NCBI GenBank assembly: GCA_951406725.2
Contig: OX597814.1
Span: forward strand, 111,414,001 to 111,478,000
Origin: Octopus vulgaris
Taxonomy: Eukaryota
Direction of reading: 5' to 3'
DNA: 64,000 bases
Program-made: the position numbers and the translations under genes
In this document: in pieces, positions 1 through 59,818 of the stretch
Layout of the letters: the number at the start of each line of letters is the position of its first letter
Numbering within the stretch: the stretch's first letter is position 1
Notes under the pieces: generated by a model
What the model was told of the DNA's origin: nothing
What the model saw: the letters and a program-made list of their open reading frames with translations, nothing else
Databases searched by the model: none

Positions 1-19
1 TTCTTTATATGTAGGGGTG

Positions 20-232
20 CTGACCGAAACGTGTTAACAACAAACAAGATGAGGACAAATATCCATCAATTGTAAATAATGTATATGTATATGTATATCG
101 AAAAATATCTTAGGAATGAGAACCCAGGTTCGAAATTTCCCAAAGACACCTGGTGAAGGCTGGAGGGTATATCAACCGAAACGTGTTAACAACAAACAAG
201 ATGAGGACAGATATCCATCAATTGTAAATAAT
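20..232 (+). mobile_element. Two partial direct copies of the same HHR-SINE body (core mutated to CTGGTGA)
   Basis: Shares taggaatgagaacccaggttcgaaatttcc...gaaacgtgttaacaacaaacaagatgaggac with 6903-7033. Confidence 0.75.
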
Positions 233-248
233 TTGTGTATGTATATAT

Positions 249-411
249 ATGAGGGTGCTGAAAAGAATGTTCAGTTAATTATGATTTTATTCAACATATT
301 CCCCTCTCAGATTCACATACTTATTTCAGTATTTCTAAGAACTCGGATGGTTGGACCACCAACCAGGCCTTTTGCGATAACCTTAAAGCAAGGAACTTTT
401 CAGCACCCCAT
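249..411. mobile_element. Mariner-like MITE
   Basis: TIRs gggtgctgaaaag ... cttttcagcaccc. Confidence 0.6.
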
Positions 412-495
412 CATTTATATATATGTGTGTGTGTGTGTGTGTGTGATGAGTTTACGCATATATGTTTAATATGGGATTTTTTTTTGTTCTTTTAG

Positions 496-45359
<44,864 letters not shown>

Positions 45360-45428
45360 ATGGAACAATCCAAAGACTAGAGACCAAATTTTCTTAGCCT
45401 GTTTGTTATGAAGTGTTTTAAATATAGG

Positions 45429-45434
45429 AATAAA
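45429..45434 (+). terminator. Candidate polyadenylation signal of SPG7
   Basis: AATAAA 70 nt after the stop, followed by T-rich sequence. Confidence 0.55.
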
Positions 45435-46375
45435 ATTTATTTATTTAAGAAAAATTGAAGTGTTTTTAATTTATTTTATTGAAAATATGAAACAATGCAA
45501 AATAGTAATTAATCTGTTATTGGCTTCAAATTTTGGTGCCAGGCCAGCAATTTTGAGGGGATGGGGAAAGTCAATTACATTGACCCCCTGTGTTCATCTG
45601 GTAGTTATTTTATCAGCCCTGAAGCGGGATGAAAGGCAAAGTCAACCTCAGTGGAATTTGAACTCAGAATATAAAGACAGACGAAACGCTGCTAAGAATT
45701 TTACCTGGAGTGGTAACGATTCTGCCAGGTCACTGCCCTACAAATTAATCTATAATTAAGATGATTGGATTGGGGTACAAGAATGGCTTTGTGTGTTGAC
45801 GAGTATGGAAGGTCATATGGGTTGGGATACAGGCATAGCTGTGTAGGGTTGGGAACAAAAGCAAAGTTAAGTAAGGGTCAGAGGTATGACTGGTTAACGG
45901 ATACAAGTGTAGCTGGATGGTGAAGGAGTTTACTTTGCAATCCTGGTTTGGGGTTCAGTCCTACTGTGCAGCACCATAGGCATGTTTCTTCTACTATGAC
46001 CTCAATTCTACCAGTGTTTTGTTAGTGAATTTGATTCTGAAAAAGAAGATCTGTTGAGGATGTGTAAATCAAGTGAGATCCTCATTAGTAGTGAGGCCTT
46101 GCATTTATTGTGAGCTTAAGGGTCCATGTTTATCAGCATTATTATTATTATTATTGTTATTATCAAATTTATTATTGTTTTAACATCCACTCTTTCATGC
46201 TTGCATGAGTCAGATGAGTACATTGAGACTGAGTTATTCTTTCTGTCACCAACCCCCACTTGTTTCCAAGTGAAGTGCCAATCTCCCAGTCTGTTGAAGA
46301 GCTAACAAGCCTGGACATATAGCCTTACTGATAATCAATACATAAACAAACTATTTCTAACACTGTTATGTGTTG

Positions 46376-46887
46376 TACGAGGGTAAGTCAAAAAGTAATG
46401 CCATTTTGTTTAGGACAGGTATAATTACCAACACAGGAACATGTATCATACATCAAAATGAAGCTGGTCCTCTCTGGATTACATCCCTACTTCTCAACAT
46501 AGTCACCGTTTCTCTCAATAGCAATGTTCCACCTTTGAATGAGAGTATGTATCCCTGCCTCGTAAAATCCTGTTGACTGTTCTTTGAGCCACTTCTTCGC
46601 TACAGTTTTCACTTCCTTGCTACTGGACTATCATCTCTTCGGCCCCATGAAAGAGGGTTTGAGAGGCAAACATTATTCCATTGACGAGGAAGTGAAAAAC
46701 TGTAGTGAAGAAGTGGCTCAAAGAACAGTCAACAGAATTTTACAGGGCAGGGATACATGCTCTCATTCAAAGGTGGAACATTGCTATTGAGAGAAACAGA
46801 GGCTATGTTGAGAAGTAGGGATGTTCCTGTGTTGGTAATTATACCTGTCCTAAACAAAATGGCATTACTTTTTGACTCAACCTCCTA
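46376..46887 (+). mobile_element. Internally deleted mariner element
   Basis: About 65-bp TIRs bounded by TA; internal DYHLFGPMKEGLRGKHY peptide. Confidence 0.88.
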
Positions 46888-49800
46888 GTTTTCTTTTTAT
46901 GACACCAGTCTGGATACATTTTGATTGGACCACGTATGTATATAAGGAACCTCTAATGGACAGTGGAGGAGACAAAGACCTCATCACTTCTACATCTAAA
47001 ATAATAAACAATCAATGAACAAAAAAGAGAAAGAAGAAAATTGTTTAGCTTAACCGAAGGGTTGGGAAAATAGTTAATATTGATCTCTGGGGTGAGGCTG
47101 GGAGCCTATGTGGCTCAATAAACATCTGAAGCAATTTGAGCATCGAGGGTGCTGAACTATTAACAAACTGGATCTATATAACAGTGTTTAAGGCTTAAAC
47201 ACACTAATTCCCAGCCAAATATTGATGCAATATAAACTGGTATTCACCAAACATATATTTCATATTAAATATTTCAACTGTATTAATATAATATAACTGG
47301 ATTTTTTATAGTTCTTTATCAATTTAAGTATTTTCATAACATAATCCTAGCTGTGGCTAAAATGCTTTCCATTGTAGAGGTGCTCAGTCAGAGTTAAGCT
47401 GAGCATAAACAGAGAGAAAATCCCCTGATGTTCCGAACTAGATCGTGTGCGTTTTTATAAACAAGCATCTACGTTAACTTCCCACGAATTCTTTCCGAAA
47501 TTACACGAATGCTTAACGGTCGAAGGGAAGCAACTGCGACTGCAGGAAGTCAGGAGTTATGTTTCTTAGTATATTCTTGATATCTCTGGTTTCAAAAAAT
47601 TTCTTTGTTCGTTCTAACCTGAGCAAGTTTCTCCTTCAAAAACCGCTCTAAAAATAAACACGTCTCTTTTCTAGCACTTGCGGGATAAAAATGCCAAACC
47701 AAAAACAGGACAGCATAACCTAGAAAATCGTATGCATAGCAGACTCCCTTAGAAATATAAAAAATAGAGAAGCCTCTATTGTCCGGTTGCTCAGTTCTGT
47801 ATATTTTCCTGCCCTGCATCTGTTGCGATTGGAGCTATTATCTGTCAGAGACATCACTGTAGTTTATAATAAACTTATGAATAATAAAAAAAAAATCCAT
47901 ACGACACAGTAAATATAGATATTCGGCTAAAAAGTCCGCTAACTATTAACTCCTGTTCGTCCGTTGAATGATGTAATATTTATAAGCGATACATTCATTA
48001 ATCATTCATATCTTATTTGTAAATTGGTTTAGATCAAAGCAACTGTCCCGTATAAATCAGTATTTTGGAAATAAGCGATTTTCCAGCCTTTTCTTTTGTG
48101 TTTTATTGATTCCAGGTTTTGGCCCAAGGCCAGCAATTTTAAAGAAGAGAATTCTATTACATCCACTTCAGTTGTTCTCTGGGAAAAGTTATTATCTTTT
48201 GGTGCCTTATAATTTAACACACTCACCAGTAAAATTTCCACTTATTTATTTTTTATTTTTCTAAAATTTTTGTTGCGTCTTGCAAGCTTTTCAATAGAAA
48301 AATAAAAAAAGAAATAAGTGGAAATTTTACCGGTGAGTGTGTTAAATTATAAGACACCAAAAGAGAATGACTCTCCCCAGACGCAATAGAATATGCTTCA
48401 ACACACGAACTCACATAAAGAATCTTGCAAACCAAATCCAAAAACGAAATATCGACTCCAGTGTTTCGCTGGTACTTATTTTATCGACTTCGAAAGGATG
48501 AAAGGCAAAGTTAACCTTGGCGGAATTTGAACTCACAGTGTAGAGACGGACTAAATGTCGCTAAATATTTTGCTTACCGTGCAAACGATTTTGCCAGCGC
48601 ACCACCTTTCCTTTGTGTATTATTAAAACGACTAGATGACCCCGGTCAATGTTATCTAGTGGTTGTCTTTTGAGATGTGACATCGATCATCGTTTATTAC
48701 TGAAAGAATGCTAGTTCACACATACAAACGTTCACATACTACTTCCCTTGTACATGCACACACATACATACACTCACACAGAGTTGAAACGCTGTTTGAT
48801 TTTTCTTTTCAGCATTGAATGTTTACCATCCCACTTCCATTACACACACGCACGCACACACACACGCACACACACATACACACACACGCAAACATTCACA
48901 TACCTCCCTTTTACATACACACACACATATACTCGCACAGAGCTGTATGCTCTCACTACCAATTTGCCATCACCCCCTTCCTTTCTCATTCATATGTTGT
49001 GACGGAGAAAGTCACAAGAGTATTATTATAGTAGATGGTAGGCAACAAATGGGCAGAAGCGTGAAAGCGTCGGGAAAATTGCTTTGCAGTATTTCTCTTG
49101 GCTGTTTATGTTCTGAGTTCAAATCCTGCCAAGGTCAAATTTGCCTTTAGTTTTTCTGAAGTCGGTAAAATACTCTACTAGTCACATGGCATCAACTCAC
49201 CCACTTTCCCTTCAAACTGCTGGCATTGTTACAATATCAGAAACCGCTTTGAAAAAGATGCGCATGTGTGTCCGTGCGAGTGTGAATGCACTGTGTTTTA
49301 CCTTCACTAATCTGAAGTCCCAACAGCATCATCATCATCCTTGTTTAACGTCCGTTTTCCATGCTAGCATGGGTTGGACGGCCATATTTCTGCTATATCA
49401 ACCACAAGTGTCCCTGATACCCTAACATAAATTTTGGTTTCTGTCACAGACTATCAACCATAAATATTACACTTTCTCTTGAATCTGGTTATACTCTTTA
49501 CTCTTTACTCTTTTACTTGTTTCAGTCATTTGACTGCAGCCATGCTGGAGCACCGCCTTTAGTGGAGCAAATCAACCCTGGGACTTATTCCTTGTAAGCC
49601 CATTACTTATTCTATCGGTCTCTTTTACCGAACTGCTAAGTGACGGGGATGTAAACACACCAGCATCGGTTGTCAAGCAATGCTAGGAGGACAAACACAG
49701 ACACACAAACATATACACACACATAAATATATATATATGTATACATATATACGACAGGCTTCTTTCAGTTTCCGTCTACCAAATCCACTCACAAGGCATT

Positions 49801-50159
49801 GGTCAGCACGAGGCTATAGCAGAAGACACTTGCCCAAGATGCCACGCAGTGGGACTGAACCTGGAACCATGTGGTTGGTAAGCAAACTACTTACCACACA
49901 GCCACTCCTGTGCCTATATGTTACTTTACTGTTTTATTTCATTGAATTTACTATAATTTTATTTATTCATTTTCTTATTTATTTACTTTGGTCGTAAAAA
50001 AGAAGGAATTCAATAGGGGTAGGCATGGCTGTGTAGTTAAGAAGTCTGTTTTTCCATCCACATGGTTTCCGGTTCAGTCCCACATATTCTGTGCCTTCTA
50101 TTATAGCCCCAGGGCAACAAAAGCCTTGTCAGTGGATTTAGTAGATGGAGACTTACTGT

Positions 50160-50702
50160 GAACTCCCAAGTGTTACATTGAGATGACAAACAACTTCTTT
50201 GTGCCTGAATTACAACAGAAACATATGCCTATTCAATGTATGTGATTTTAGCAGGATGGGGTGATGGCCCACATAGCCAGAGCATCAATGGATGTTCTTT
50301 GCCCTTTCTTTGGTGACAGCCTCATTTCCCGGTTTGCTGACATTCCATGAGCCTCTCGGTCGCCTGACTTGTCTATGTGTGATTATTTCTTGTGCGAAAA
50401 CCTCAAGACACACATGTATGCATACAAGCCCCGTACATTGGACAATTTGAAGGAAGCTATTCACATGGAAGTCGCCCAAATTGACAGCAATGCTGGAGAG
50501 AGTGGAAGCCAGCTTCCAAGAATGCCTTCAGAAATGCATCAATGAAAATGAACACCACATGATGGATGTTGTTTTCCACACTTGATTTTGACAAATGCTA
50601 ATTCAATACAAACACGTTGTTAATAAAATTTGTTTGCACCTAAAATTAATGATTTTGTGAATTTTTCAAAAAAAACGTCCATCCTCTCTGCTCCACCTTG
50701 TA
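50160..50702 (+). mobile_element. Degenerate Tc1/mariner transposase catalytic fragment
   Basis: QDG..AH, RSPDLSMCDYFL and KPRTLDNLKEAI motifs. Confidence 0.75.
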
Positions 50703-53700
50703 TTAATATCATGGTTTCTGAAGCAACTACCAGACATCATTGAATAATAAAGTCTCGTCTGAATAACTGTCTCCATTCCTTCCTCCGGTACATCTAAACT
50801 GAAACCTGCGACTTTGTTCAATGTATTTATTTAACTAATATGTGATAAGGGTGATTGACATGTGTAAATAACTGCTAAAAACCATATTAAATGAGCTGCA
50901 GTTTGTCCAGTTGCACTTCCACAAATATATTGGTATCAATGATTGAGTAATTGAAATAACATTCGTTATTGCCATCACTGTCGTCACATCCACCGCCACC
51001 CCCACTTCCACCACTGTTGCTACCGTCACCACCACCATCACCCCATCCTTGTCGTTGTCTTAGTCGTTACCACTGCCTTCGTTATTTGAACATTGGCTTT
51101 TTTTCCATGTTTGCAAAAGACAAAAGGAATTGGTTGGTGCAGATTGTCTGTGATTGGATGCCCAGGCATGGGGGAAATAAAATCTTGAACGAAAACAGAT
51201 TAGAAGCAAATGACATCTTTTAAATGACAGTGGTGGATGCTTGGTTGTGACACGATCTTGAGACAAAGGGACACTGACACACTCACACAGACACACACGT
51301 TATGGGCCACCATGCAGTTTATATCTATCATCATCGTTGTTGTCGTCATCATTTAATGTCTGTTTTCCATGCTGGCATGGGTTGCACAGGTTGACAGGAG
51401 CTGGTAAACTGAAGGGCTGCACCAGGCTTGAATTGTCTGGTTTGGCATGGTTTCTACATCTGGATGCCCTTCTTAATGCCAACCACTTTACAGAGTGTGT
51501 TGGGTGCTTTTTTCTGTGGTACAAGACCCCTCAACTGGTAGGGAATAGTATTGAGGGACAGCAAAAGGTGTCCTGCATTAGAAAAGAGACATGGCTACCT
51601 CAGACAGAGAGAGAAAAGAGAAATATTGTGAAGATGTGACAGAGAAAGGTTAGGGGTTATATCCCCTAGTTACAGGGTTGTGTGAATAGTGAAGTGGATC
51701 AGGGATTGGAGACAGTGGGTGGGTGGGTGTTCAATCTGATCCTAAATCTCACCCACAAAACATTAATCTTCTTGTGCTAAATTAAATGCTGTGCAGTGAG
51801 ATTGAACCTGGAACCACGTGGTTGCAAAGCAAACCTCTTAACCACATGACTCTACATACACCTCCATCTATTACAAAATATCGCATTCCTTAGAGAAAAT
51901 TCCAGTAAGGTGGAAATTAAATGACAGGAACCAGTTCTTGACTGTTACAATTTAATTCTTCCTCGTTGAGTGAATTCCATCATCATTTTCAGTGTTTGGG
52001 TATTTAAGTAATTAATCAGGGAATAATTGGCACTGTCGGTTACGACGACAAGGGTTCCATTTGATCCAATCAATGGAACATCCTGCTCGTGATATTAATG
52101 TGCAAGAGGTTGGGTATTCCACAGACACACAGGTACTGTTAATGTAGTTCTCAAGGCAATTCAGTATAACACAAAATGTGACACGGCTGACCCCTTTGAA
52201 TTACTGGTACTAATCATTTTTGCCAGCTGAGTGGATTGGAGCAATGTGAAACCGTATCAGGACAACTACTCCCCCTCCCGCCATAGGACAATTCCCCCAA
52301 CGACAATTAAACCGCCTCGGTTAATTACCTCCTCTCTGATATATTAAGAAGTTTTAAATCATCATCTGTAGTCCTCGGGGGTAATTGTCCTCTCTTAGGT
52401 CATTCATACTCTGGCATTTGTACACACACACACATACACACACACATGCACACACACACATATGCACACACATGCACACATACACATACATACACACACA
52501 TACACACACACATTTAACACATGATATTTTTATATCTATATATCATTATACTGTGTGATGATGATGATGATGATGATGATGTGCCTGTGTAGTATTACTG
52601 GTATGGAACCTGGAAAACCATAGTTTGAATGAGTACATACTACATGTATTGTCCATAGGCAGGGTGGGGGTAAATGTCCTAGACTCTTGTGAAATAAAAT
52701 GTTTTGCTCAAGCACACACTGTATCGCTGGGAATAGAACTCATGACCTTGCGACTGTGAACCGAATGCCCTAACCACTAAGCCACGTGCCTTTACTAATC
52801 TGGGAACAGAAGGCACGGAAAGGGAGGTGATAGGTGGAGACAGTAGGTGGGGGGAGGGTAATGGGAAATGGAAGTGGTGTGTATTCATTTTGCTCTTGGG
52901 TGACAGAGAGGTGATGTCTGTGGATGAAAGATGGGGGCGGGGATGGTTGACAGGGCAGAGAGGATGGAGGTGGGTATGGGGCAGAGCTACTCACAGACAA
53001 GCATTAACCAAGGTGGCTTAAGGTATCGATTCTTCTTTGATGGACAGATTTTCTTGGGTCCAGTAAGGTGCCATATGTTGTGGTCCTTTCTTATCTCCTT
53101 CATAAAGCTCAGTGTCATGAAACTGGCCTTCCGTACTTTGTCCCCTGTCCTTCTGGGTTCCAACCACTTTAAATGATTGGCACTTCTATATGCAACTGTC
53201 TACATCCATGTGCATCACATGACCAAACCAGCATGGTCTTCTCTCTTGCACACTGCACCTAATTCCTCTTATGCCTCTAACTTTTCTCTCAATACACTAG
53301 CGCTCAAAGGTGGCGAGTTGGCAGAAACATTAGCATGCTGGGTGAAGTGCTTAGCGGTATTTTGTCTGTCGCTATGTTCTGAGTTCAAATTCCGCCGAGG
53401 TCGACTTTGCTTTTCATCCTTTCAGGGTCGATTAAATAAGTAGCAGTTACGCACTGGGGTTGATATAATCGACTTAATTCGTTTGGCTGTCCTTGTTGGT
53501 CCCCTCTGTGTGTAGCCCTTTGTGGGCAGTAAAAAAATAAGAATCATTAGCATGTTGGGCGAAATGCTTAGCAGTATTTCATCTGTCTTTACGGTCTGAG
53601 TTCAAATTCCGCCAATGTCGACTTTGCCTTTCATACTTTTGAGGTCGATAAATTAAGTACCAGTTATGTACTGGTGTGGATCTAATCGATTGCCCCCTCA

Positions 53701-54683
53701 CCCAAAATTTCAGGCATTGTTGTTCATACATATGTACCATATGCTCTTCCTTTCACTCAGAGACCTTTGGTTGCCAACAGAACCTAACAGGTAAAAGCTC
53801 TAAAACAAAAAAACCCAAACGAACGAGAAAAAAATAACTCCAGGCACAAACACAAACCAGTCAGTTTAAACAAGATCTCAGACATGGAATTGTTAAATCT
53901 AAACTCATGACTGACAAGAAATAAACATCTCAGTCTTATGTCTGAATTAATTAAACAGCCCTCGTCAGGACTAGACTGTCATAACCAGTGTATCTTAATG
54001 AATATTAATTAACAAACATTGATATTTGTATCAAAGGAATACCAAATCTGATTATGTCGATGTGATTTTGTTTGTTTTTTTTGTTATCCTTTTGCTTGTT
54101 GTCTTTTTTTTTTCATTAATCCCCCAGATGACAAGACGGTTTAGATGTCGTTATTAAATATTAATGGCAGCCGAGACACTGCAAGAGATCCATAGATAGC
54201 CTTCAACTGCAGTGAATATGTATGTATCTAGAAAAATGTTTTAACATATGAATGTACACATGCACACACACACATGCATGCACACACGCACACATGTACA
54301 CATATACAATCATACAGATATATTCTTCTAAACGCATACACTTTAATACACAAGCGTTCATACACATAGATTTCCGTATGACTATTTACATGTATATTTT
54401 AGTGTACATACATACACGCATGCATGCATGGATGCATGCACACATGCACACACACACACACATACACACACACATGTATCAGAAATTAAACTGACAAGGG
54501 AAAAGGTTAATCAAAATAGTTTTTCATTACTGCTCTCTACTTGGCCAACACTTTGTTCTGCAACATGTGTATATTGAATTCCAGGTTCAGTCCCACTGCA
54601 TGGCACCTTGTACTATAGCCTTGAGCTAACCAAAGCCTTGTGGGTAGATTTGGTAGACGGAAACTGTCATATATATATATGTA

Positions 54684-54726
<43 letters not shown>

Positions 54727-54873
54727 TTATTTCGAGACACATGCTAATAGTGATAAATTATATGGTTATTGATGATTAAGTCTATTTCAGCATATTTGGC
54801 ATTGAAATTTTTTTCTTTTGCCCTTGTTTATAAGTTGTATATATATATAAAGAATTTTTTTGCATAATGAGAT

Positions 54874-55002
54874 AAAAAACCAAGGCTGTATAGATATTAG
54901 AGCATTTATAGATAGAAGGTCTTACAGCTGTTTCTATCCTAGAAACAGCTGTAAGACCTTCTATCTATAAATGCTCTAATATCTATACAGCCTTGGTTTT
55001 TT
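54874..55002. repeat. Perfect inverted repeat, 63-bp arms with a 3-nt loop
   Basis: 54874-54936 is the reverse complement of 54940-55002; imperfect pairing extends to about 54849/55027. Confidence 0.93.
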
Positions 55003-55184
55003 CTAATTATTATGCACAAGAATTCTTATATACACACACTGACATAGAACCAATGTTGAACCCTTTATTCGCAATATTACCGAATCTGGAACTTAACTAT
55101 GGTCTGTCTATAGCACTTATTCAGCATTACCTGACACCTTTGAGTCTCAATGACACCATTATCTCTTATAACCTCAACTTCTCG

Positions 55185-55257
<73 letters not shown>

Positions 55258-55922
55258 TATATATATATAAAATACAAAATGGGACAAGAACGCAAAACAT
55301 CCGGACGGTTAGGTGATACAAAAATGAGACAACAAAACATCTAGATAGATGATACAAAGAAAACAAGGACGGGTCATTCAAAGTTCTCTTTCCTCAGTTG
55401 AGTACCAGATTATCTGCACAATTTCGGCTGATTATACTTGAGATTGCTCCAATCTGGTCAGCCCCAAGGAAAAACTAAGCTAAGAGCATTAGATTCCTTG
55501 GAAGAAAGCAGCAAATGTATACAAAAACAAGGACAGAAAAAAATGGACAATGTGTTGTGTTACTAGCACCCATGTTGGTGGCACATAAATAGTACCTTTC
55601 AAGCAGTGGGCCTCACAAAGGCAATGACAAATAACTGAGACCTTTGACAATATGCTGTGCTTGAGTAGAAGACCCTTCAAGTCGCAGATACTGGCATCAC
55701 ACAACTGGTACCCGTGCCAGTGGCATGTAAAAGCATCCATTACACTCTTGGAGTGGTTGGCATTAGGAAGGGCATCCAACCATAGAAACCATGCCAAATC
55801 AGACTAGAGTCTGGTGCAGCTCCTCAACTTACCAACCCTGGTCAAACCGTCCAACCCATGCCAGCATGGACAATGGACGTTAAATGATGATGATGATATA
55901 TATATGTGTGTGTGTGTGTGTA

Positions 55923-55954
<32 letters not shown>

Positions 55955-56397
55955 ATAGAAATATGTTACAAAAGAAAATAGAAACTACACGTGGAAATGT
56001 AAGGGGAAAGTAAGAAGAAAAAAGCGAAAATGCACATTGGAAATCAAGAAAAGTGAAGGCTTTTTATGAAAAGTTACGATAGATATATGCAATTAAATGA
56101 ACTGAGGTTTATATATACATACATACACACACATATATATATATATAAATTTATATTTATATTTATATATACTCATAGCCATCTGGTTTGCCAGACCTCA
56201 GTCAAATCATCCAACCCATGCTAGCATGGAAAGCAGACGTTAAACGATGATGATGATGATGATGACACACACGTGTGCTTGTGTAATCTATAATTAAGTA
56301 TATATATATATATACACACAAACTAATAACTATATGTATGTGTGTGTGCATATATATATGTGTGTGTGTATATATATATGTGTGTGTGTGGGGGTGG

Positions 56398-56466
<69 letters not shown>

Positions 56467-56470
<4 letters not shown>

Positions 56471-57348
56471 AAGCCTGATCAATAAGTATCTGGGCTGTTG
56501 CCATAGTAATGAAGCAAAAACATGCAGAGTAATCTGATTGGGAAAAAAAATTACCTTAAACTCTGCTCTGTAGGCACACTAAGATTTTATCATTCTAGCT
56601 TGCTTCTGCTGTTTACAGCAGCTCTTGGAAGGAAGGTGTGTAGTGCGTCGTCGTTGCAGTGACCATGACAAAGGAAGTTTTCATGGCGATACCTGCTCAG
56701 AGGTCTGCGTAAAGTTGCAGAAAGTATATTGAGAGGAGTGTACGAGCCACACACATGTATATGAGTGGTCAGACGTTTCCAAAATGGCCGAAAAATTGTC
56801 AATATTGATAAACATCCTGGGAGATCCACAACCAGCAGAACTGAGAAAGACATCACAGATGTGCGAGCAGGTGGGAGGGGAAATTATCGAATCACCATCT
56901 GTGAGTTATCAGAGGATGTGCAGATTAGTCATGGTTCATTTCAGTCCATTATCACTGAAGATTTGGGCAAGTTTGTGCCAAAACTGCTTTCAGCTGACCA
57001 AAAAGACACTTGGGTCTCAGTTTCACAAGATCTCTTTGATTGTGTTGAGAATGATAAAAACTTTTTGAAAACTTTGCATAAGCTTCTGAACAGGTATTGC
57101 CAAGCTTTTGGCAAAGTTTCACTCAGATTCTCTGCTCAACTCCCTCTGTCATGGCCAACGCGACAATCACACGCTACACACCTTCCTTCCAAGCATTGCG
57201 GTAAATAGCAGAAGTGAGCAAGAACTATAAAACTTCGTACACATGCACAGCAGAGTTGAAGGTCAATATGTACCAAGCGGCTTTACTCTGCGTGCTTTAG
57301 CTTCGTTACTATGGCAACAGTGCGGGTACTTATTGATCAGACCACATA
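56467..57348 (+). mobile_element. Non-autonomous mariner with long imperfect TIRs
   Basis: ctgatcaataagta...tacttattgatcag termini; HTH and linker peptide RFQNGR..PGRSTT..RITICEL..FVPKLL. Confidence 0.85.
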
Positions 57349-57353
57349 TATCC

Positions 57354-57384
<31 letters not shown>

Positions 57385-57393
57385 CGTCCGTGA

Positions 57394-57433
<40 letters not shown>

Positions 57434-57819
57434 ACACAGCACTACATATTAAAACTAATCAGCTGACCATTGTGTTGTAACTCAAAGCAAACCAACTACC
57501 AGCTCCAGTTTCTTTGAATGACTGAACCCCTGTGATCTACTGCTGCTTCACGCTTCATTGATTTGCATGCCATCCAGCTGTGAAAGCAGCTGTTCCGGCT
57601 GATAAACCTTTCCCAGCCATGCATGCATGGTATGAATGTATGCAAAACACAGTAAAAGATTGTATATATAACGAACACAGCTAAAGAAAACGAGCTTGGA
57701 TTTCAAGGGAGATAACTTTGCTTCATTGGAGGGTGGTGTCATCATCATCATCACCAGCACCAGTACCACCATCACTGTCATCATTGCTGTCGTCAACATC
57801 ATCGTCATTATCAGCTGAA

Positions 57820-58165
57820 TGGCACCTGTGCCAGTAGTACATAAAAACCACCATTTGAGCATGGCTGATGCCAGTGCTGCCTGAGTGGCACATAAAAACC
57901 ACCATTTGAGTGAGGCTGATGTCAGTGTCGCCTGACCAGCACCCATGCCAGTGGCATGTAAAAAGCCCCATTTAAGCATGACTGATGCCAGTGTCGCCTG
58001 ACTGGCACCCATGCCGGTGGCAAATAAAAACCACCATTTGAATGTGGCTGATGCCAGTGCTGCCTGATTGACACCTGTGCCAGTGGCTCATAAAAACCAC
58101 CGTTCAAGTGTAACTGACGCCAGTGCCACCTGACTGGCACCCATGCAAATGTTATATAAAAAGCA
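57820..58165 (+). repeat. ~58-60-bp tandem units in an RTE-end element
   Basis: Repeated gtgccagtggca..taaaaaccaccatttga..gctgatgccagtg..gcctga. Confidence 0.8.
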
Positions 58166-58579
58166 CCCACTACACTCTGTAGAGACATTGCCAGATCAGA
58201 TTGGAGCCTGGCGCAGCCTCCCAGCTTGCCAGTCTTCAGTCAAACCATCCAACCCATGCCAGCATGGAAAATGGACGTTAAACGATGATGATAATGATAA
58301 TAATTGGTCTTTTGCTGAACCACTAAGTTATGAGGACATAAACAAACCAACCCTGGTTGTCAAGCAGTGGTGGGCACAAATACAAAGACACACACACACA
58401 CATGTACAATGGGCTTCCACATAGTTCTCCATCCACCAAATTCTCTCATGAGCCATTGATGGGCCCAGGTCTTATAATAGAGGAAAACTACCTAAGGTAC
58501 ATCATAATGGTATTGAACCTAAAACGATGTAGTTGTAAAGCAAGCTTCTTAACCATATAGTCGTGTCCATTTCTTTCAC

Positions 58580-58628
<49 letters not shown>

Positions 58629-58894
58629 GTTCATCATCTGCCTTCCATGCAAGCATGGGTGGGATGGTTTTGCAAGAGCCAGCCAGGCAGAAGCCTGACC
58701 CAGACTTCTGTGACTGATTTGGCAAGGTTTTTACAGCTGGATGCCTTTCCTAACACCAACCATCCATCAGAATGGACTGAGTGCTTTTTATGTGGCACAA
58801 GCACAGGTGAAGTCAGTTTTGGCAAGGTTTTTACAGCTAGATGCCCTTCCTAACACCAACCACTCAGCAGAGTAAACTTAGTGCTTGGTGTTAT

Positions 58895-59390
58895 GGCCAT
58901 GTTCATTGACCTCTCTCTCAACAATGCTCCACGTGTAATAGTCCAATGGATTGAAATCTAGGGAATTAGGAGGCCAAATGTTAGGGGTTATGTGATCGTG
59001 AAACTTTTCAGCCATCCATTCTTGTGTTATTAGAGCCATGTGTGATAGTGCAGAGTCTTACTGAAACACATATGGCCTTCCATTGCATACACTGTCTATT
59101 CAAGGCTTAGCAATTATTTCCAGGGCCTCAATATAGGCACCAGAGTTAACTCTAAGGCCTGGTGGAAAGAAGTAAGGAGGCATCACATGTCCTTCATTGC
59201 TGACAATCCCTAAAACCATGACAGTTGCAGGAAATTTTGTATATGTAACACTTGGAACTTCAGAAGGGCCTGCACATAACCGTCTGTCATTTTTCTGTTT
59301 ACATTTTGATTTTGGTGGAAGTTTTTCTCATTTGAGAAAAACCAAATCAAATCTTCTTCTGCTGGATTTTTCAGTTTGTTTAAGAGCCTT
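58895..59390 (-). mobile_element. Degenerate Tc1/mariner transposase fragment
   Basis: Minus strand RPYVFQ.DSA.SH...WPPNSLDFNPLDY. Confidence 0.7.
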
Positions 59391-59719
59391 TTAGATCTAA
59401 TATGCTGGCATTGATGGAACGGTTTGACAGGAGCTGGTGAGGCAGAAGCTTGCACTAGCCTTTTGTGTCTGTTTTGGCATGGTTTTTACAACTTGATGCC
59501 CGTCCTAATACCAACCACTCAGCAGAGTGTACTGAGTGTGTTTTACGTGGCCCAGGGAGAAGGAGAGGTCAGTTTTGGCAAGGCTTTTACTTGGATGCCC
59601 TTCCAAACGTCAACCACTTTACAGTGTGGACTGAATGCTCTTTAAGTGGCACCTGCACTGACAATGTCACCAAGTAACTTATATGTACATATATATCATC
59701 ATCCCCATCATCATTATCG

Positions 59720-59818
<99 letters not shown>

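Noticed and set aside
53931-53973. Minus-strand UAGUC-CUGACGA...GACUG hammerhead-like motif
   Set aside because: GAAA and stem II are degenerate; at best a dead relic
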